Positions 44,731-59,529 are shown, counted from the first letter of the stretch. The stretch is DNA of 64,000 nt from the human T2T-CHM13v2.0 reference genome, Homo sapiens (GCF_009914755.1 NC_060941.1), one strand, 5' to 3'. Program-made: numbers and translations. Notes: generated from the sequence alone by a model not told the origin.

Positions 44731-46257
44731 GTGAGTCCCCTCAACCCCCTCCTGCAAGATTCCTGGTCACCACAATGCCCCCTACCCCAGGTATCCCAGA
44801 GCCTGCACACAGAACCATGCCCTAAGGCAGGATTTGCAGAGTCATTTCCTCTCCAGGGCTCCAAGCAATTCTTCACATCTCCACCGAGCACCGTGTTGAG
44901 AAGGATCCTGAGGTTGGGTGTAAGGTTGGTGGGGAAGAGCTGCAGTTGGTTAGTAGCACCTGCCGTGGGCACAGGAGTTTGCAGCAAGGATTCTGAGTAG
45001 TTATCTTCCCTGCTTTAGGGTGGGCACAGGGGAGGGCATCCCAGCCCTTGCTGCTGAGTTGTGACTCGGGGAGGCATCAAGGGACGGAGGAAAGGCTGCC
45101 ACAGTCTGTGGCTAAAAATGCCCAGAGTGTAATACTCCACGGTGCTAACCCGTGCCAGGCACTGATCAAGGACTGGAGCTGTATTAACCCAATTTGCACA
45201 ATGTCCCTCTGAAGTAGGTGCTGTTGCCCCCATTTTACACATAAGAAAACTGAGGCACAGAGAACTAGTAAGCGCCAGAGCCCTGAGTGGAGCACGGGCA
45301 GCCCAGCTTCTGGTTGTGGTCTCCAGCGCCGTGCTCTGTATCTCTCCAATAGAAAAGACAGCATAGCTGCAAATATTATTAATATCTGTGTCACTTTACC
45401 ATTTACAGAGTGCTTTTGCATAATCATCTCGTTTCATCCTCACAAGAGTGTAAAGCCGAACGTTTGTACAGTTGAGGAAACTGAGGCATGGGAGAGTTAC
45501 ATAACCCCCATGGCACCATGCAGCCAGTACATGGCAGTGACTGGGACCCAAATCTAGGTGTTTGGGCTGCCTAGGGCATGTCTTTTAAAACTTTGGGTGT
45601 GGTCCTGGGCATGGCTGCTGCTGGGCAAAAATGGAGAGGGTCCCTGCACCTGAGTGTCTTTGGAAGGCTTGTGGACCTTCTATTTAAGTCTTCAAGCCTC
45701 TCCTTGATTCACACCAACTCTTTCATGAAGCACCTACTACACAGCAGGCCCCACGCAGGGCACTGGGGGAAACAAGGGGGCTCACAGGCTAGTCTGGGCA
45801 TCGAATCCACAAATGCATGTGCGATGAGGCAGAGTGGAAGACGCATGCTTGCAAAGAAACAGACGCAAGTGTCTGCAGGCGGGCAGGAGGCCTTCATTTC
45901 TGAAGGTGGCTCTGTGGGAACAGGAGGCCTCCACATCTCATGGTAGCTGCTTCCTGGCCAGCTGTTCCTTCACTAGGGAGAGCCTGGGGGCAGAGGAACA
46001 AGCCCTGGACTTGGAGAAGGCACACTGGGTCCCTGTGCTGGCTCACAGAAGGTGCCTGGTCATGTCCCGGCTAGGGGTGGGTACTGGTAGCCACAGGGAT
46101 GAGCATACCCTCAACCCCTCTTGAACCTCACCTTGCCCAAGTGTAGAGGGATAGGGGGGCTGTTACCTGCCCCAAGGATCTCTTATGAGATTCAATGTAC
46201 TAAGTTTTATGGCAATATTTCACAAACTGTAAACTGTAGAGTGTCATGCCAGTACTA

Positions 46258-46566
46258 GGTTTGGTTTGGTTTGGTTTGGTTTGGTTTGGTTTGGTTTTAG
46301 AGATGGGATCTCACTCTATCACCTAGGCTGAAGTGCAGTGGCACAATCATAGTTTAGTGCAGCCTCGATCTTCTGATCTCAAGGAATCCTCCTCTCTCAG
46401 CCTCCTGAGAAGCTAGGACTACGTGCACACCACCATACCTGGCCTAATTTTTAAAATTGTTTTGTAAAGACAGGGTCTCAGTTGCCCAGGCTGGAGTGCA
46501 GTGGCACAATCATAGCTCACTGCAGCCCAGATCTGGGCTCAGGTGATCCTCCTGTCTCAGCCTCAG
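46258..46566 (-). mobile_element. AluJ-like with (GGTTT)8 tail; both arms look like right monomers
   Basis: Both arms contain gtgcagtggcacaatcatag. Confidence 0.8.
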
Positions 46567-47620
46567 CAGGCTTTTAAAAGGCTTACTGTATAGCTGGAAT
46601 GAAGGGAAGGTACTTGCCAGTAATTGCTCATAATGATGGAGGGAGCAGGGAGGCTAAGCAGGGGTGGTGCAAATCCAGGGAGGCTTCCTGAAGGAGGAAT
46701 TTTCAAGGTGAATATTAAGAGACACTGTTAGTGTGAACTGGCAGAAGAGAGCCAGTGCTGTGAGCTACAGCAGGAGGTGAGCAAGGACCAGTAGGTGGGT
46801 TTGGCGGAAGGACCAGGAAGAAGTGAGGAGGGAGGAGTGGGAAACTGAGAAGGTGCTAGGAGCCCAGAGCATCTGGCTGCAAAGTTGATTAAGCTGTGCT
46901 TGGGGAATGGGGAAGTAAGTTCTTGAGCATGAGTCTGGAGTTCTAGGAGAGAGAGATGGGGAGGGAGGAGAGCTGCTCAGAGGCTGGGCCTGAGAGGAAA
47001 GGCCCTATCCCCAGCTCCCCCATGCTCTGGGGCCAGGTTAGGCTCTATCAACTTGTTCGTTATGCTCAGGAGGAGAGACATCCCTGAGCCCACAGAGGTG
47101 TCACCTGTCCTTGGAGCCAGCAGGCCATGATGAATAGTGTTCATTCCCTAGTGATTTGTACTCTGTGCCCGTGCCCCCAGCCCAGCCCAGCCTGCCTGGC
47201 TGCATGGCACGCGATCCATCACCCTCCACGATGGCCTCTGATAATGGGCCATTTGTCTTCTGACTCGTAGACCTACCCAGACCGACGGGCACTGGTAGAG
47301 ACAGATGGTGAGGGTGGGGCGGAGGGGCGAGACAGATGGATGGGCGTCTGGCCGGGGCGGCTGGCACCGAGCCAGGGCCTTTGGGGGGCCTTTTACGTGC
47401 CTCATGCCAGGAACTGGGAGAGAGTGGGTCCCCAGGGCTGAGGCCTATCATGTGGCAGACCACAGACTTGGCGACTCATAAAATCATGGCATGAGTATGA
47501 CAATGCCAGGAGGTAATAGAATCATTTACTAATGACATCACAGACAAATAGAATCTGAGTTGACAATTACCTGGGTTCATCAGTTCTCATCTCTGGTCTT
47601 AAGGTAGTGAATGATAATTA

Positions 47621-47941
<321 letters not shown>

Positions 47942-49269
47942 CTAATGTTTATTTAGTGTCCACTGTGTGTTGGACGCCATTCCAAGTGCTTTAATCTCAT
48001 TCAATCATTACAATACTGTAGTCAGGAATATTTTTATCCACATGTTACAGTAGAGGAACCTAAGGCTCAGAGAAGTTAAACGAGTTGCCCAAACACACTA
48101 AGCAGTTACTAAGCAGTGGCTGCAAGATATGAACCATGTGGGCCTGACTTCAGATTTTGCCACCAGCACTGCGTTATGCGGCCACTCAGAGCCAGGGTGC
48201 CCAGGGCCCGGTGTAGTCAGCCGTCTAGGGGTGCAGGGCCACCCCTGCAGTTTTCCGTACCCACACTAGGTTTGCACACGGCCCCATATTCTCCTCCATG
48301 CCTCCCGTATGCCTGGCACTGTACTAGCTGCTGGGAAGGCAAAAGTGAAGAGCCCACAGACCCGCAGGACAGGAGGGCCATCCACTTGTCCTGATGGATC
48401 ACACACCCTACAGAGGCAGCTTTCTTCTCTGCCCAGCCAAACAGAAGGCAGCTCAGCCATGAGGTGGCCGAGCAAAGACCAGGTTTCTGCCACCCTCTCC
48501 ATGCCAGGGGACCCAGGCAGAGGCCCTGCCCATTCATCCCACAGCACATTCCTCTGACTGGGCAAGAACGTGTGTTTCACAGGCTGCCCTTGGGCCACCT
48601 GGCTGCTCCCCCTCTGGACAGCCTGGGCTGAGTCCCCCTCCTGGGTTTAAGCCAAATAGGGAGAAGGGCTTCCCAGCCTCAGGGCTGCTGCCAAGTGCCC
48701 ACCTCCAGAAGCCGCTGATGGGAGACCCGACGTAACTGGGACAGAGCCAGGTTCCAGCTTCCTCTGAAGTTATCTACCATGGGCGGATCTGCCAAGCACA
48801 CGTGGACCCTGAGCCTGATGGGAGGCAAACTGTGTAACCTACCTGGGGGAAGAAGCCAGTGCCTGATTGTGCACAGCACTAAATAGGCCACCTTCAAAGG
48901 GCTCTTACCTGTTCACTAAAGCAGCCCTCCCAGGACCCTGACCCCACAGGGTTTCTTCCCTGGCAGGTGGGAGCCCTCCACACCTCTCCTCTGCTCTCCC
49001 TTTGCAGGGATTTGAGGCAGTCTGACCAGAATGCGGGCCCCACGCATTTGTTCTGTGCATGTATGGGGAAGGAGGAAGATATAGGACCGGTTTTTGCATT
49101 ACTTTAGTCCACTTGACTCCAGCAGCTCACCCCCAACCTAAAGGCCTGTGGTGACGTGCGCTGGTGAGTGGGTTGGTTCTACTCCCACATCCCCAACCAG
49201 GAAAGACCCTGAAGGCGTCTACCTGCCCCGTGAATGAGGGAGTGAGCCACAGAGTGATAGGAACGTTGA

Positions 49270-49612
49270 CACCTCAGACACACCAAGCACACACCTGCTC
49301 CGGGGGTCCTTGTACTTGCAGTTGCCTCTGCTGAGAACACTTTCCCCGCAGGTTTTCTCCCTCACTTCCTTTAGGTATCTGCTTAAATGGTAGTACTTTA
49401 GAAGCCACCACACTAAAAGAGCACCTTGGTCAGCCTTTATCTCTTTGCACTGCTTAGTTTTTCTCCATAGTATTTCTCACTGGTTAACAGAAATGTGTGT
49501 GTGTGTTTGCTGCCTCTCCACTAGAATGTAAGCACCATGAGGACAGGGCATTTATTTGATTCATTATTATATCCCAAGCCCCTTGAACATTTCTTAGGTA
49601 GTCAGTAAATAA
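49270..49612 (+). mobile_element. L2 3' portion
   Basis: ccactagaatgtaagcaccatgaggacagg motif. Confidence 0.7.
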
Positions 49613-49908
49613 CAGCTGTCTCTTGGTATCCATGGGGCACTGGTTCCAGAACTCCCCATGGATATCAAAATGCAGGGATGCCCAAGTCACTGATATAAAA
49701 TGGAGTAGTATTTGCATATAACCTATGCACATCCTCCTGTATACTTTAAATCATCTCTAGATTATTTCTAATACCTACTACAATGTAAATGTTATATAAA
49801 TATAAATAGCTGTTATACTGTACTGTTTAGGGAATAATTTCAAGAAAAAAGTCTGTACGTGTTCAGTACACTTTTCCCCAAAACCTATGGATATGGAGAA
49901 ACAATTGT
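49613..49908. mobile_element. MER2-like (TcMar-Tigger)
   Basis: ggtatccatgggg...gtagtatttgcatataacctatgcacatcctcctgtatactttaaatcatctctagatta. Confidence 0.85.
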
Positions 49909-52900
49909 ACTTGTTAAATAAAGAGCAAAGTCACTATTCCTTAATTTACCAGGAGAGGCACTGTGGGACAGGGAGCTGTCAGGAGGCGTTGGCACCTAAC
50001 AGCACCTCTGCCTTTGTGCAGCTGGTTGGTAAATTGGCTTGGCTATTTGCAAGGTTGGATTACTCTGGTCCAAATTCCTCCTCATCCCAGGACTATGACG
50101 GCTGACTAGGAAAATACCTCCACCTGCCAGGAGAGCAGAAGAGGTCAGGCTTTTGTGGCACTGGAACTGGAGGGAGGGGACATTGGCCCAAGAATCAGAA
50201 GGTCCTTGAGGTCCTTATAGCCATCAAGCTGAGTGACACAGAAACTGACTTCCTGCCTTCTCCCCTTCCCAGCTAGGGGATGGACACCCTCTCTGTCCCC
50301 AGCACCTGTGAAATGATCTTTCTCTCTGCCTCCTTCTCCTGACTTCCCGCCTGCCTCTCTCTATTTCTTCCTTAGTGTCTTCTTCTCCATCTTTTTTCCT
50401 CTGTCTCCCCACCTCTCTCCTGGCCCACTTGGCCTCCCACCTCCCTCCCTCTCCGCCTGTTTTCTCCTCCTCATTGTAGTCGGGTGGCTTAAGTGAGTGG
50501 CATGAATTAAGTCGTGCAAAGCGCCTTTCACAGTGCCTGGTTTATATTATAGTAGTGTCCAACAAATGATCCCCCTCAAGTCCTATACACAATTTCCCTT
50601 CTGAGGCCTTGTCCCTACAGGGTCCCAGGGACCCCCCACTCTCCTCCTCCCTGGACTCGGTGTCCGCAGGACGCAGGATGGCGATCTGAAATCCTTGTGG
50701 GGATTTCAGACACAGAGACACTAAGGCCCAGAGAGGGCAGGACCCCGAGGCCTTATGGGAAGGCACCGAGCCCACAAGGCAGTCCCAGGCCGGGAAGTCC
50801 AGTGGACAGTGCCAACTGGCCAGGAGCGTGGCGCCTGAGGCCCTGTCCTGCTGCCTCCTCCCTGCCCTTGTCCTCTAGGTCCCCTCCCTTCTAACTCCAC
50901 TCCGCGGCTGAGGCCCTTGTGCCTTTGGCCACGCCCCCCCAACCCCCCCACCCCAAGCCCCTGACCCAGCAGGAGTGCTGACCTTTCACTCGGGGATGGG
51001 GGAACTTTGTCTCCTCGCCCCTTTTCATTTGGCTTCTCCTCCCCGTTCTTGCAGCCTCTCTCTCCCTTTCTTCCCGTCTCACACAGACTTTCAATTCCTT
51101 CCAGGATTTTCTGGGCTCTTAATGTAAAGGTTGCCACTGATGCTGTGTCACCAGCGCCCCCTCTGTGCATCCTTAGGAGCTGCGGGGGCCAGGAGGGAGG
51201 GGGAGGCGCGGCGCTGCTGGGGAACTGGAGTCGCAGCTCTGCGATCGAGGGGCAGCTGCCCAGATCAGGGCCAGCTGTGCAGCTGTGGGCAGCACCCTGA
51301 GCTGGCATCAAAAGATGAGCATTGAAAATCCACTCCCGTCTCAGTATCTTTGGTTACTGATTGTCTTGGAATAAGCCATTTGGCCACTTTGGCCTCAGTT
51401 TTCTTATCTGTAAAACAAGAGAGAATTAGCACCCATGGTGGCATAGTAGGTGGCTGGGAACCATACCACAGAGGAGAGGCAAATGGCTTCTGACCTGCCC
51501 ACCCCTTGAAGGTCTCCACGTCCCTGGCCAGCTGTGGACGGGGTCAGGCCTTTGGTTAGAGCCCTTAGAGCTCCCAGCAGTGGCCGGTGCAGGTCCTCTA
51601 GGCCAGAAGGCCTATCCTCAGTGGCTGGCCTCTGCCTCGGCTCTGGCCTCGTCCTCGCTGTGGCTGGTGCCCAGTCCTTTCCTGCCCTCCGTGCCTTGCG
51701 AAAGCAAGGCGCAAGAAGACTGGCCGGGGAAGGGAAGAAGGAAGGGCAGGGGCCACACTGATGGAGAGGGTGTGTTCCGTGTGTTCATTCCAGACGCTGC
51801 CACATGGAACATTACATTTGAGCCTAGCTCCCTAGATACTGTGGATGAATGAGTGAGGAGTGAATGAGCAAGCTACTGAGGAAGGTACAATGGTGCCATT
51901 AAATGAGATGGCATATGTCATGTGTGCCTGGCACACAGTCAGCCCTCAACAAACGCTGCTCCCTTCCTGCTGCCCCCTTAACTGTCCCTCACCCCCTGTG
52001 ACTGACTCACAATGTGGCGTAATGGAAAGAGCACTAGATTTAGAGTCCAAAATACCTGCCTATGAGTCTTGGTTCTTTCACCCATTGACCCATGACCTTG
52101 GAAAAGTCACCTAACTTCCCTGGGCCTCAATTTCTTCATCTGTAGAAAGGAAATAATCACATTGCCAGATGTGTGAAGATCAAACGAAATAGATGAAGAG
52201 CTTTGAAACAGCAGGGCATGGCCTCTATACGATCCTCCCCTCCCCGCGGCCACATGCCCCCAGCTCTCCCCCCAAGTCCCTGTCCCCGGGCTCAACACTG
52301 TCAGCAGGATCCAGGACAGGTTAAAATCCCAGCCTGGTACGCCGTTGCCTCGGATGGCCCTGCTTCCTCACTCCACTGCTTCCACTGCCACTCCGTGATA
52401 ACATTCACAGAGACTCCGCTGTGGCACAGCACCTGGGCTTGGCCCACTCCAGCCACCTGGCCCGCAGTCACCTCGTGTCCATTAAGCCCCAATCCAGATT
52501 TCTTTCTCTTTCAATTAAGCCACTTGGCCTGAAGGCCTCTGCCCCTTGAGTCCTGATTTGCACAAATGCCCTATGAATAGCTTTGATTAGAAAGAAAAAC
52601 CAGCATTTGGTACAAGTGCTGCTCGGCACTGCCCTGAGTCCAGCAGAGAAAGGGAGCCAATTTAACCCAGTGCTGTTTCCTGAGAGACTGGGGACAAGCT
52701 AATTTGGGGAGGAGATGGCAGGCAGCCCCAGCCAGGGCTTGGCAGCTGCTAAGGCCTCGGCCCAGGCCTGAAGAGGCTGCCCCCACACGCGCTGGTTCAT
52801 GGTTCCTGGCCCTCCGTGGCTTGTCTGTCCACTCTTGTGCCAATTCTAGGTTATTAACCTGGGGACACTGGGGCTCAAAAGGACTGGTGTGCCAGCCTCA

Positions 52901-53117
52901 CTCAGAGGGAGGCACTAAAAGGCAGAGAAAGAAGGGGCAGCCTCAGGGGGGTGCCAGGACTGTGCCAGCCCCCACCCTTTGGAGGCCATATCCACCCTCC
53001 CCTCCTGAAGTGTCACTGGGCCTCAACTCTGCCCCAACATCCTCTCTCTCTCGCGTGCTCTCTCTCTCTCCTCCAAAAAGCAAATATTTGGAAGGGGACT
53101 TTGACATCTTCTTTCTA

Positions 53118-53285
53118 GTTCAGATGTTTATATCTCTTTGAGTCACAGACCCCTTTGAGAATCTAATGAAAGCCGTGGGCCCATTTCCCCATTAAAATGC
53201 ATGTATACACCAATATTTTCATTACATTCAGGGTCTCTGTGAACTGTTGAAGTTTCCAGTGGGCTGAGATTAAGAATTTCTGATC
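53118..53285. mobile_element. MER117-like hAT MITE
   Basis: gtcacagacccctttgagaatctaatgaaagc. Confidence 0.6.
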
Positions 53286-54095
53286 TGGTTCAACCACTTG
53301 ATTTTATTATAGATGAAGACAAGACACTAAGGCCCAGAGAGGGCAAGTGACTTGCCTATGATCTCACAGCAAATTAGTGGCACAGCCCATTCTGAAGCAG
53401 TGGGCCCAGACTCCCAGTTCAGTGTGTCCTTTCCACTCCCCCAGATGGTGTCTCCCTCCCTTTCCTCTCCATAGCTCACTTCTCCATCAGTCCTGTCCTA
53501 GGGCCCTGCACAGAACAAAGTACACGTGACGTATGGTCAGTAAGTGTGGTTAACAGGCCAGCCGGAAGAAGGAACAGGCCAGCCGGAAGGAGGGCCAACT
53601 TCATTTAGCTGGTTCTTCCCTGCAGGGCCAGGGTAGATGTGGTTTGATTGCAGAGACGTGAGGGGCTAGGTCAATGATTGGATGGGTCTGTTCCAGGGTG
53701 TTCCTGTGATGTCTCAGAGCTCCAGGCTGTCACCATGCGAGGGACCAAGAGAAGTGTCCTTAGGCTACAGAGCAGGGGACCAGAAGCATGCCCAGGCTTC
53801 CTCTAAATGCCAGGACCTTAGCTTTTAACACCACCTCCAGCCATCTCTCTTCCTCCTCTGCTCTGGAACCCATGCTGGCTCCCTAGTACCATAGCATCAG
53901 ATTCAGATTTCTTCCCCTTGTGTCTTCTTTGCATAGGATGAGCTCATTTCTGCACTGGTCATTGTTGTCATCCTGTCCCTAGCTGGTGTGAGTGGGAACG
54001 AGTGGGGAGGTGGGCAGAACTCTGGAATGTCCTCTGCCTGCCTGGGGCCTTGGCCGGATATCTTGCTGTGCCTTACCAGCCGTCTCTGCCCCCAG

Positions 54096-54215
54096 GACTG
54101 CAGTGCAACGCATCCGTGGACCTCATTGGCACCTGCTGGCCCCGCAGCCCTGCGGGGCAGCTAGTGGTTCGGCCCTGCCCTGCCTTTTTCTATGGTGTCC
54201 GCTACAATACCACAA
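54096..54215 (+). CDS. CRHR1: CRHR1 exon 3 ([39 protein letters not shown]), 120 nt, symmetric phase 1-1
   Basis: Acceptor tctctgcccccag|G, donor CAA|gtaagg; class B GPCR ectodomain CWP and PCP motifs. Confidence 0.97.
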
Positions 54216-57200
54216 GTAAGGAAGAAGTGGAGGGTGGACCATCTGCTGGGAGGTGGGACAGGATGGGGAGAGCTTGGAGGTGGGGGAAGGAAGAATGACG
54301 ATGACAATAACAGTAATACCTCTTGTGGGGATCGCCCCTGTTTTCCAAAGGTCAGCGCTGTATTCTCCTGGGTGCCCTGTGCTCATTACTCGTGATTCTC
54401 ACAATACCCTTGCAAGACACTATCACGCCTCCTATAACTAAGGCCCCTGGGGCTCAGGGAGGTTAGGGAACTTGCCCCATTGGCAGCTGGTAAGGGGTGA
54501 AGCTGGAATTTGCATCCACGTCTGTCTGGCACTTTCTTCTGCCATTAAACTTCAGGTTAGTCTGTTTGAGCCTACTGTAATACCATGAAGCAGGGCAGGA
54601 ATCATCAGAGCCCCAGCTGTGTGGATAAGAACCTTGAGTCGAGAGGTTCTGAGGCCTACCCCGGGCCCTCCAGCCAGGAGGCAGGGGACCCAGAGTTTCA
54701 GATGCACAGGCACAGGCTCAACTTGCATCCTGGATTTGTAGGTGGAGTGGGGCAGGACGGGGTTGACCCAGGGTCCGTCGGATACTTGATCCTCATGTAA
54801 ACACCTGGCTCCCCGGAGGCCCGAAACCCCCAGAGCCGGGCTTTGCAGCTCCCTGCTATTCCGCCTGCCACTCTCAGAATTAATTTGCTCTCCCCTGTCA
54901 ATGAGTCAGGTCCCTGCTTATCAAGAGAGCAACAGCTGTGGGCCAGGAGCCCTAACCTACCTGAGGGGAGGCTGGGGGCCTGATCCCTGCAATTGGGGCC
55001 TCCTGTGTGCACCCTTGGGTCCTTGTGGTCTTGAACTCAGAGTCCCAAGAGGGCACAGGGGTGAGCCCAGACACCATGTAGTTTACTCCAAGACTCACTG
55101 TGTGACCTCCCAGCACATTGTTGCCCCTCATCTGGCCCTCAGCCCCTCATCTGAGGATGGAGAGGGCTGGATGGCTTGGCTTCTAAGATGTCTTCCAGCT
55201 CAAAACTCCCAGATTCCTTCTCCTGCCCCTCTTTCCTCTACCAGATGGATTTGGGGTGTTAAGGTTGGGGGCTACAGCAGAGGAGTAGGAAGACCCAGCC
55301 AGAAAGTGACTCCCCAGGGAGTGACTTGGGAGGCCAGGGCAGGGCAGGAGGCTGGGGCAGCCAGATCTAGCAGCCTCGTGTGTCTGTACCATGTCCTGGC
55401 CATGGGAGGGACTCGGGAGAGGGAGAAGACACACTGGGAGGGGCTTGGGGGCCAAGGGGAGGAAGTGCAGAAAGGAAGAAGGGCCTCTTGGCCAGGTCAG
55501 TCCAAGGGGTGCACAGTTGGCCAGCCCCCAATATAGTCAGGCCCATTTTGTAATAAGGAAATTGAGGCACAGAGAGGCTAATAACCTATCGGAGGTCGCA
55601 GAGCCTGGAGGCAGGGTCACAGCCCAGGGACGATAACTCTCACGATGCTGGGGGCTGAGTCCTTCTGGAGCCCCTAGGAAGGAGGCAGCATCTGCACATC
55701 AGAGGAGCTTCCAGGAGGAGGCACCAGTTCCTGTCATGTCCACTTCCAGAGTGATCCTCGTGTCTGGGCCTACCTGCCCCCACTCCCCAGCGCCACCGCC
55801 CAGCCTCAGGTTTCAGATCTGAGTTGGTCACTCCTTCACTTGGAATCCACTCTTGTGTGGCCTCCGTGTTCAGGCTGCTGGGTGGGGCCGGCCAGGCTGT
55901 CTGTGGTCATGGCCCTGTCACCTTTTGCAGCCAGCCCTGGCCACCCCCCATGAGTTCCCTCTGCTCCCGTTGCAAAGGGTTACTTGACATGCTCCAGATA
56001 AACATTTTCAGCCCTCAGTGCCTGGGCACACACTTCACTTGCTGGCCCTGCCTGAAGTGGCAGTCAGGAGTCCTAAGTTCTCATTCCAGCTGCATCTGCA
56101 GCTGGTTAAGTAGCCCTTGGCACAGACCTTCTGTGGGCCTCAGTTTCTACACCTGCAGAATGGGTGGGAGGATTGAGTGTGGTGCTCTCTAGGCTCCCCC
56201 GCGCTTCCCTCTGTGATCCCAGGAAAGGAGCTGGGGTGATGGCCTCTCGACATGGGGTCAGTCTGTGAGGGCAGGGCTGGAAGACCCCTTTCCAGGTGCC
56301 TCCAGTGCCAGATGAGGTGGAGCACGCCCGTGCAGTCAGTCACAAGTGGGTACCCAGAGCTGCACCTCATCATTAAGCACTAATTAATCCATTTACTGAT
56401 GAGTTGCTGCCAGGACTTCTAGGCCTTCTCCCTAATGCCCTCCCTCCTGCTGCATCTGATCTTCAAAGGGATGGGAAGCATTTCCAAAAATATCTATTTT
56501 CCCGTGATTCTTTGGGAGGACTGCTCAGCTCAGCAATTAAAGACAAGGAGGTCGCATCCTCCCTGGCAACGGCTCCCTGCTTGTTGGGCCTGCTTTCTTT
56601 CGGATCACCTCCTTTCTCCCCATCAAAGCCTGCTCCCTCTGGGTGACCCAGCCTCTGATGGGACTCCTGACTCTCCCCCACATGTCAAGGGGGGCAAGGG
56701 TGTTGAGCAAAGGGGCTCCTCCCACAATATCCACCGGTACCCTTTGATGGGGACAAGGGACACGCTCTGAGTCTCACGTAAGGTTATATAAATACAGCTC
56801 CAAGACAATAATAATAAAAATAACAGCCAACATCACATCCCAGGTACAGTTCCAAGCACCTTGTGCATGTTAACTAAAAATATTCAACTCTTGATGTAGG
56901 AGCTGCTATTCAGATGCTCTCACTTACAGAGGAGGAAGCTGACAGGTTTCGGGATTTGCCCAAGGTCACACAGCTAGTGGAAGGTAGTGCCAGGATTTGA
57001 TGCTAGGCTGTCTGGGTCCAGGGGCCACGCTCTTAGCACTACTCCATGCTGCCTCTTAACTCAAGAACCACCCCACCCCATCCCACCACCCCCGGGCCCC
57101 TTCCAGCCGGATCTCTGTCCCAAAGCCCCTATCCCTGGAGGTATTTCAGAGCAGCCTCTGGTCCCGGGACTTCCCAGCCATGGCAGAGACACTGGGTTCT

Positions 57201-58987
57201 CCTGGTTCCTCGTCTCACCCTCCCCTCAGACCTCCATGAAAACCCACTGGGTGAGCCTCAGCCCTCCGGTAACTCATCCCTCATTTGGCAATTGGAGAGA
57301 ATCAGCAGCCTCTTCACCAACTCTGCCCAAGGGCCTGAGGCTCCCTGAGACTGCGGTCCACTGACATGGAAGAGCTTTAAAAATCCATTTAGCCGGATCT
57401 CCCACTGGCCAGCTGTAGCTGAGCAGCTCCTCAGCAGGGGGACCAGGGAGGGGAATGGAGGGGAGTAGTGCGAGAGAGGAGAGGCCACATCTACTTTTCA
57501 GCCCTGGAGGCCAGGACGGGCTCCCTATCATCACCTTCTTGTCCTGATGCTGCCAGCAGAGGCAGCTCCCAGGCTGGATGGTCCCTTGGGGATCAGCCAG
57601 TCCAGCCCCTCCTTTTATAAATGAGAAGGGGTCCCCAGAGGTCAGTCATGCAGCACGGCAGCAGCTCAGCTGGTCCCAGGGCCCCAGCCTCTAGATCCTC
57701 ACAGGGTTCTGCCCCATGGGGCTCCAGACTCAAGGACTGGGACTCCAGCAGCTTTCCCAGCCCTGTTCCAGCCCCAAGGGCCACTGGGAGCCACAGGAAG
57801 GCCTACAGTGAGGGAGGCTCCAGGTGAGATACTCAGGGCTTCATTTCTCTGCCAGGCAGTTCTGCCTGAAGTCAGAGCCAGAATTAACTCAAGGAAGCAT
57901 GTTTAGAGCTACTGATGCCAGAGCCGGGTACAGGGTGGGGTGGGGCAACCTCTGCCAGCAGAGAAGATGAGATGGAATTTAGAACTCATGCTGTCCCTTC
58001 CCAGCTAGGTTTTAGGACCCTGGAGCTCAAGCCTGGTAGGCATGAAGGAGGGTAAGGGGAACACGTTGGGCAGCTCTGCCCATCCCAGGGCCCTAAAGCC
58101 AGGCATCAATTCAGCTCACAGGGCCCCTCCCCATCTCCTTAGAAGGTGACAGGTTCTGGGCCACAGTCCAGGCCGGTGGCTGCACAAACCTCCATATGTC
58201 CCTGGGCCACTCTCCTGCCTTCCTCCTTGAGTGACATGGGCCAGGCTAGGAGCAGCTGTGACAGACCTGAGTGATGACATCTCCCCACACACGCCTGTCA
58301 CCTGTCATTTTCTGTCCAAGAGACCTCCATCATGGATGTTCCCCCCACCCACAGACCACGACCTTCCAACACAGGCCCGCTATGGGGAAGTGCCACCATG
58401 GGACCTTCCCCAAGATCTGCCCCATGAACTCTGAGCCCCCATGTGCAGCACAGCCAGTGAGGACCTCCCACGGCAGCCTCTGTGAGATGGCTCTACCACA
58501 AGAAGCCCTGTCATGCCACCTGCCACGCGAGCTGTCACCGCATACCCTTCCACCGTGTCATGCCCAGCCTCGTGAAAATTGACTCATGAGGTCTCACCAT
58601 TTTTTTGCTGTCTTGCAAGACCCCTGAAAAGGAGATTTCTCAGAAGAGCACCTACCTGTCATCTGCCACCACATAATGACTTGCAAAGGAACAGCCCAGG
58701 GAGCTGGTCAAGCCTGTCCACGGGCCAGTCCTGTGGGCATGATCATGCCAGCTTGAGTGGGCAGAGCCGGGGGAGCCACCAACCCCTGCTGGAGGCCAAT
58801 GGGCAGAAAGAGGCAGGAAGATGGGGGTGGTAAGGAAGCCCCTCTCCCCAGCTTCACTACACAACCCCCAGCCAGCAGGTGCCTGTACTGGCCATCTACA
58901 GATCCATCTACGCATCCATCTGGGCCAGGATGGTCAGGCAGGGGCCGGGGCTGCCCCGCCATCACTGCCTCTCTCTTCCTTTTCCAG

Positions 58988-59073
58988 ACAATGGCTACCG
59001 GGAGTGCCTGGCCAATGGCAGCTGGGCCGCCCGCGTGAATTACTCCGAGTGCCAGGAGATCCTCAATGAGGAG
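58988..59073 (+). CDS. CRHR1: CRHR1 exon 4 ([28 protein letters not shown]), 86 nt, ends phase 0
   Basis: Long pyrimidine tract ctctctcttccttttccag|A, donor GAG|gtgagg; RxCxxNGxW motif. Confidence 0.97.
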
Positions 59074-59529
59074 GTGAGGCTGAGCCGAACAAGGCTGCCC
59101 ATATGGAGGGGAGTCCAGGGTCCCCAGCAGAGTTTTGTGCCTGCTACTTGGAGTCAGGGAGCCAGAGGCTAATGTCAAGGCCCTGCTCTAGTGAAGCTGA
59201 CTGGGGAGCTGGAGCTGTCAACTTGGAAAAGGCCCATGAGCAGGCGCCCTCGAGGGCAGGCTGGACCAATGGGGCACTGGGCAGGCTCTGATGGTGATGA
59301 GATGGGTCCTTGTTCCTTCCTTCCTTCTCCCTGTGCTCATCGGGCAGCCGCTTGCACTGGGCATGGGACTGTCCTGGGGGTGCAAAGGGAGACCAGACTC
59401 GGTCACAGGAGTCCCACCCTTTTCCACAACACATGCCTGAGAGATACATCCAGTTCCAGCCACAGGGCTGTATGGGAACCAGGGACGGGATGGAGGTAGC
59501 AATGCAGTTTGAAAAAGCCCTTGGAAAGC

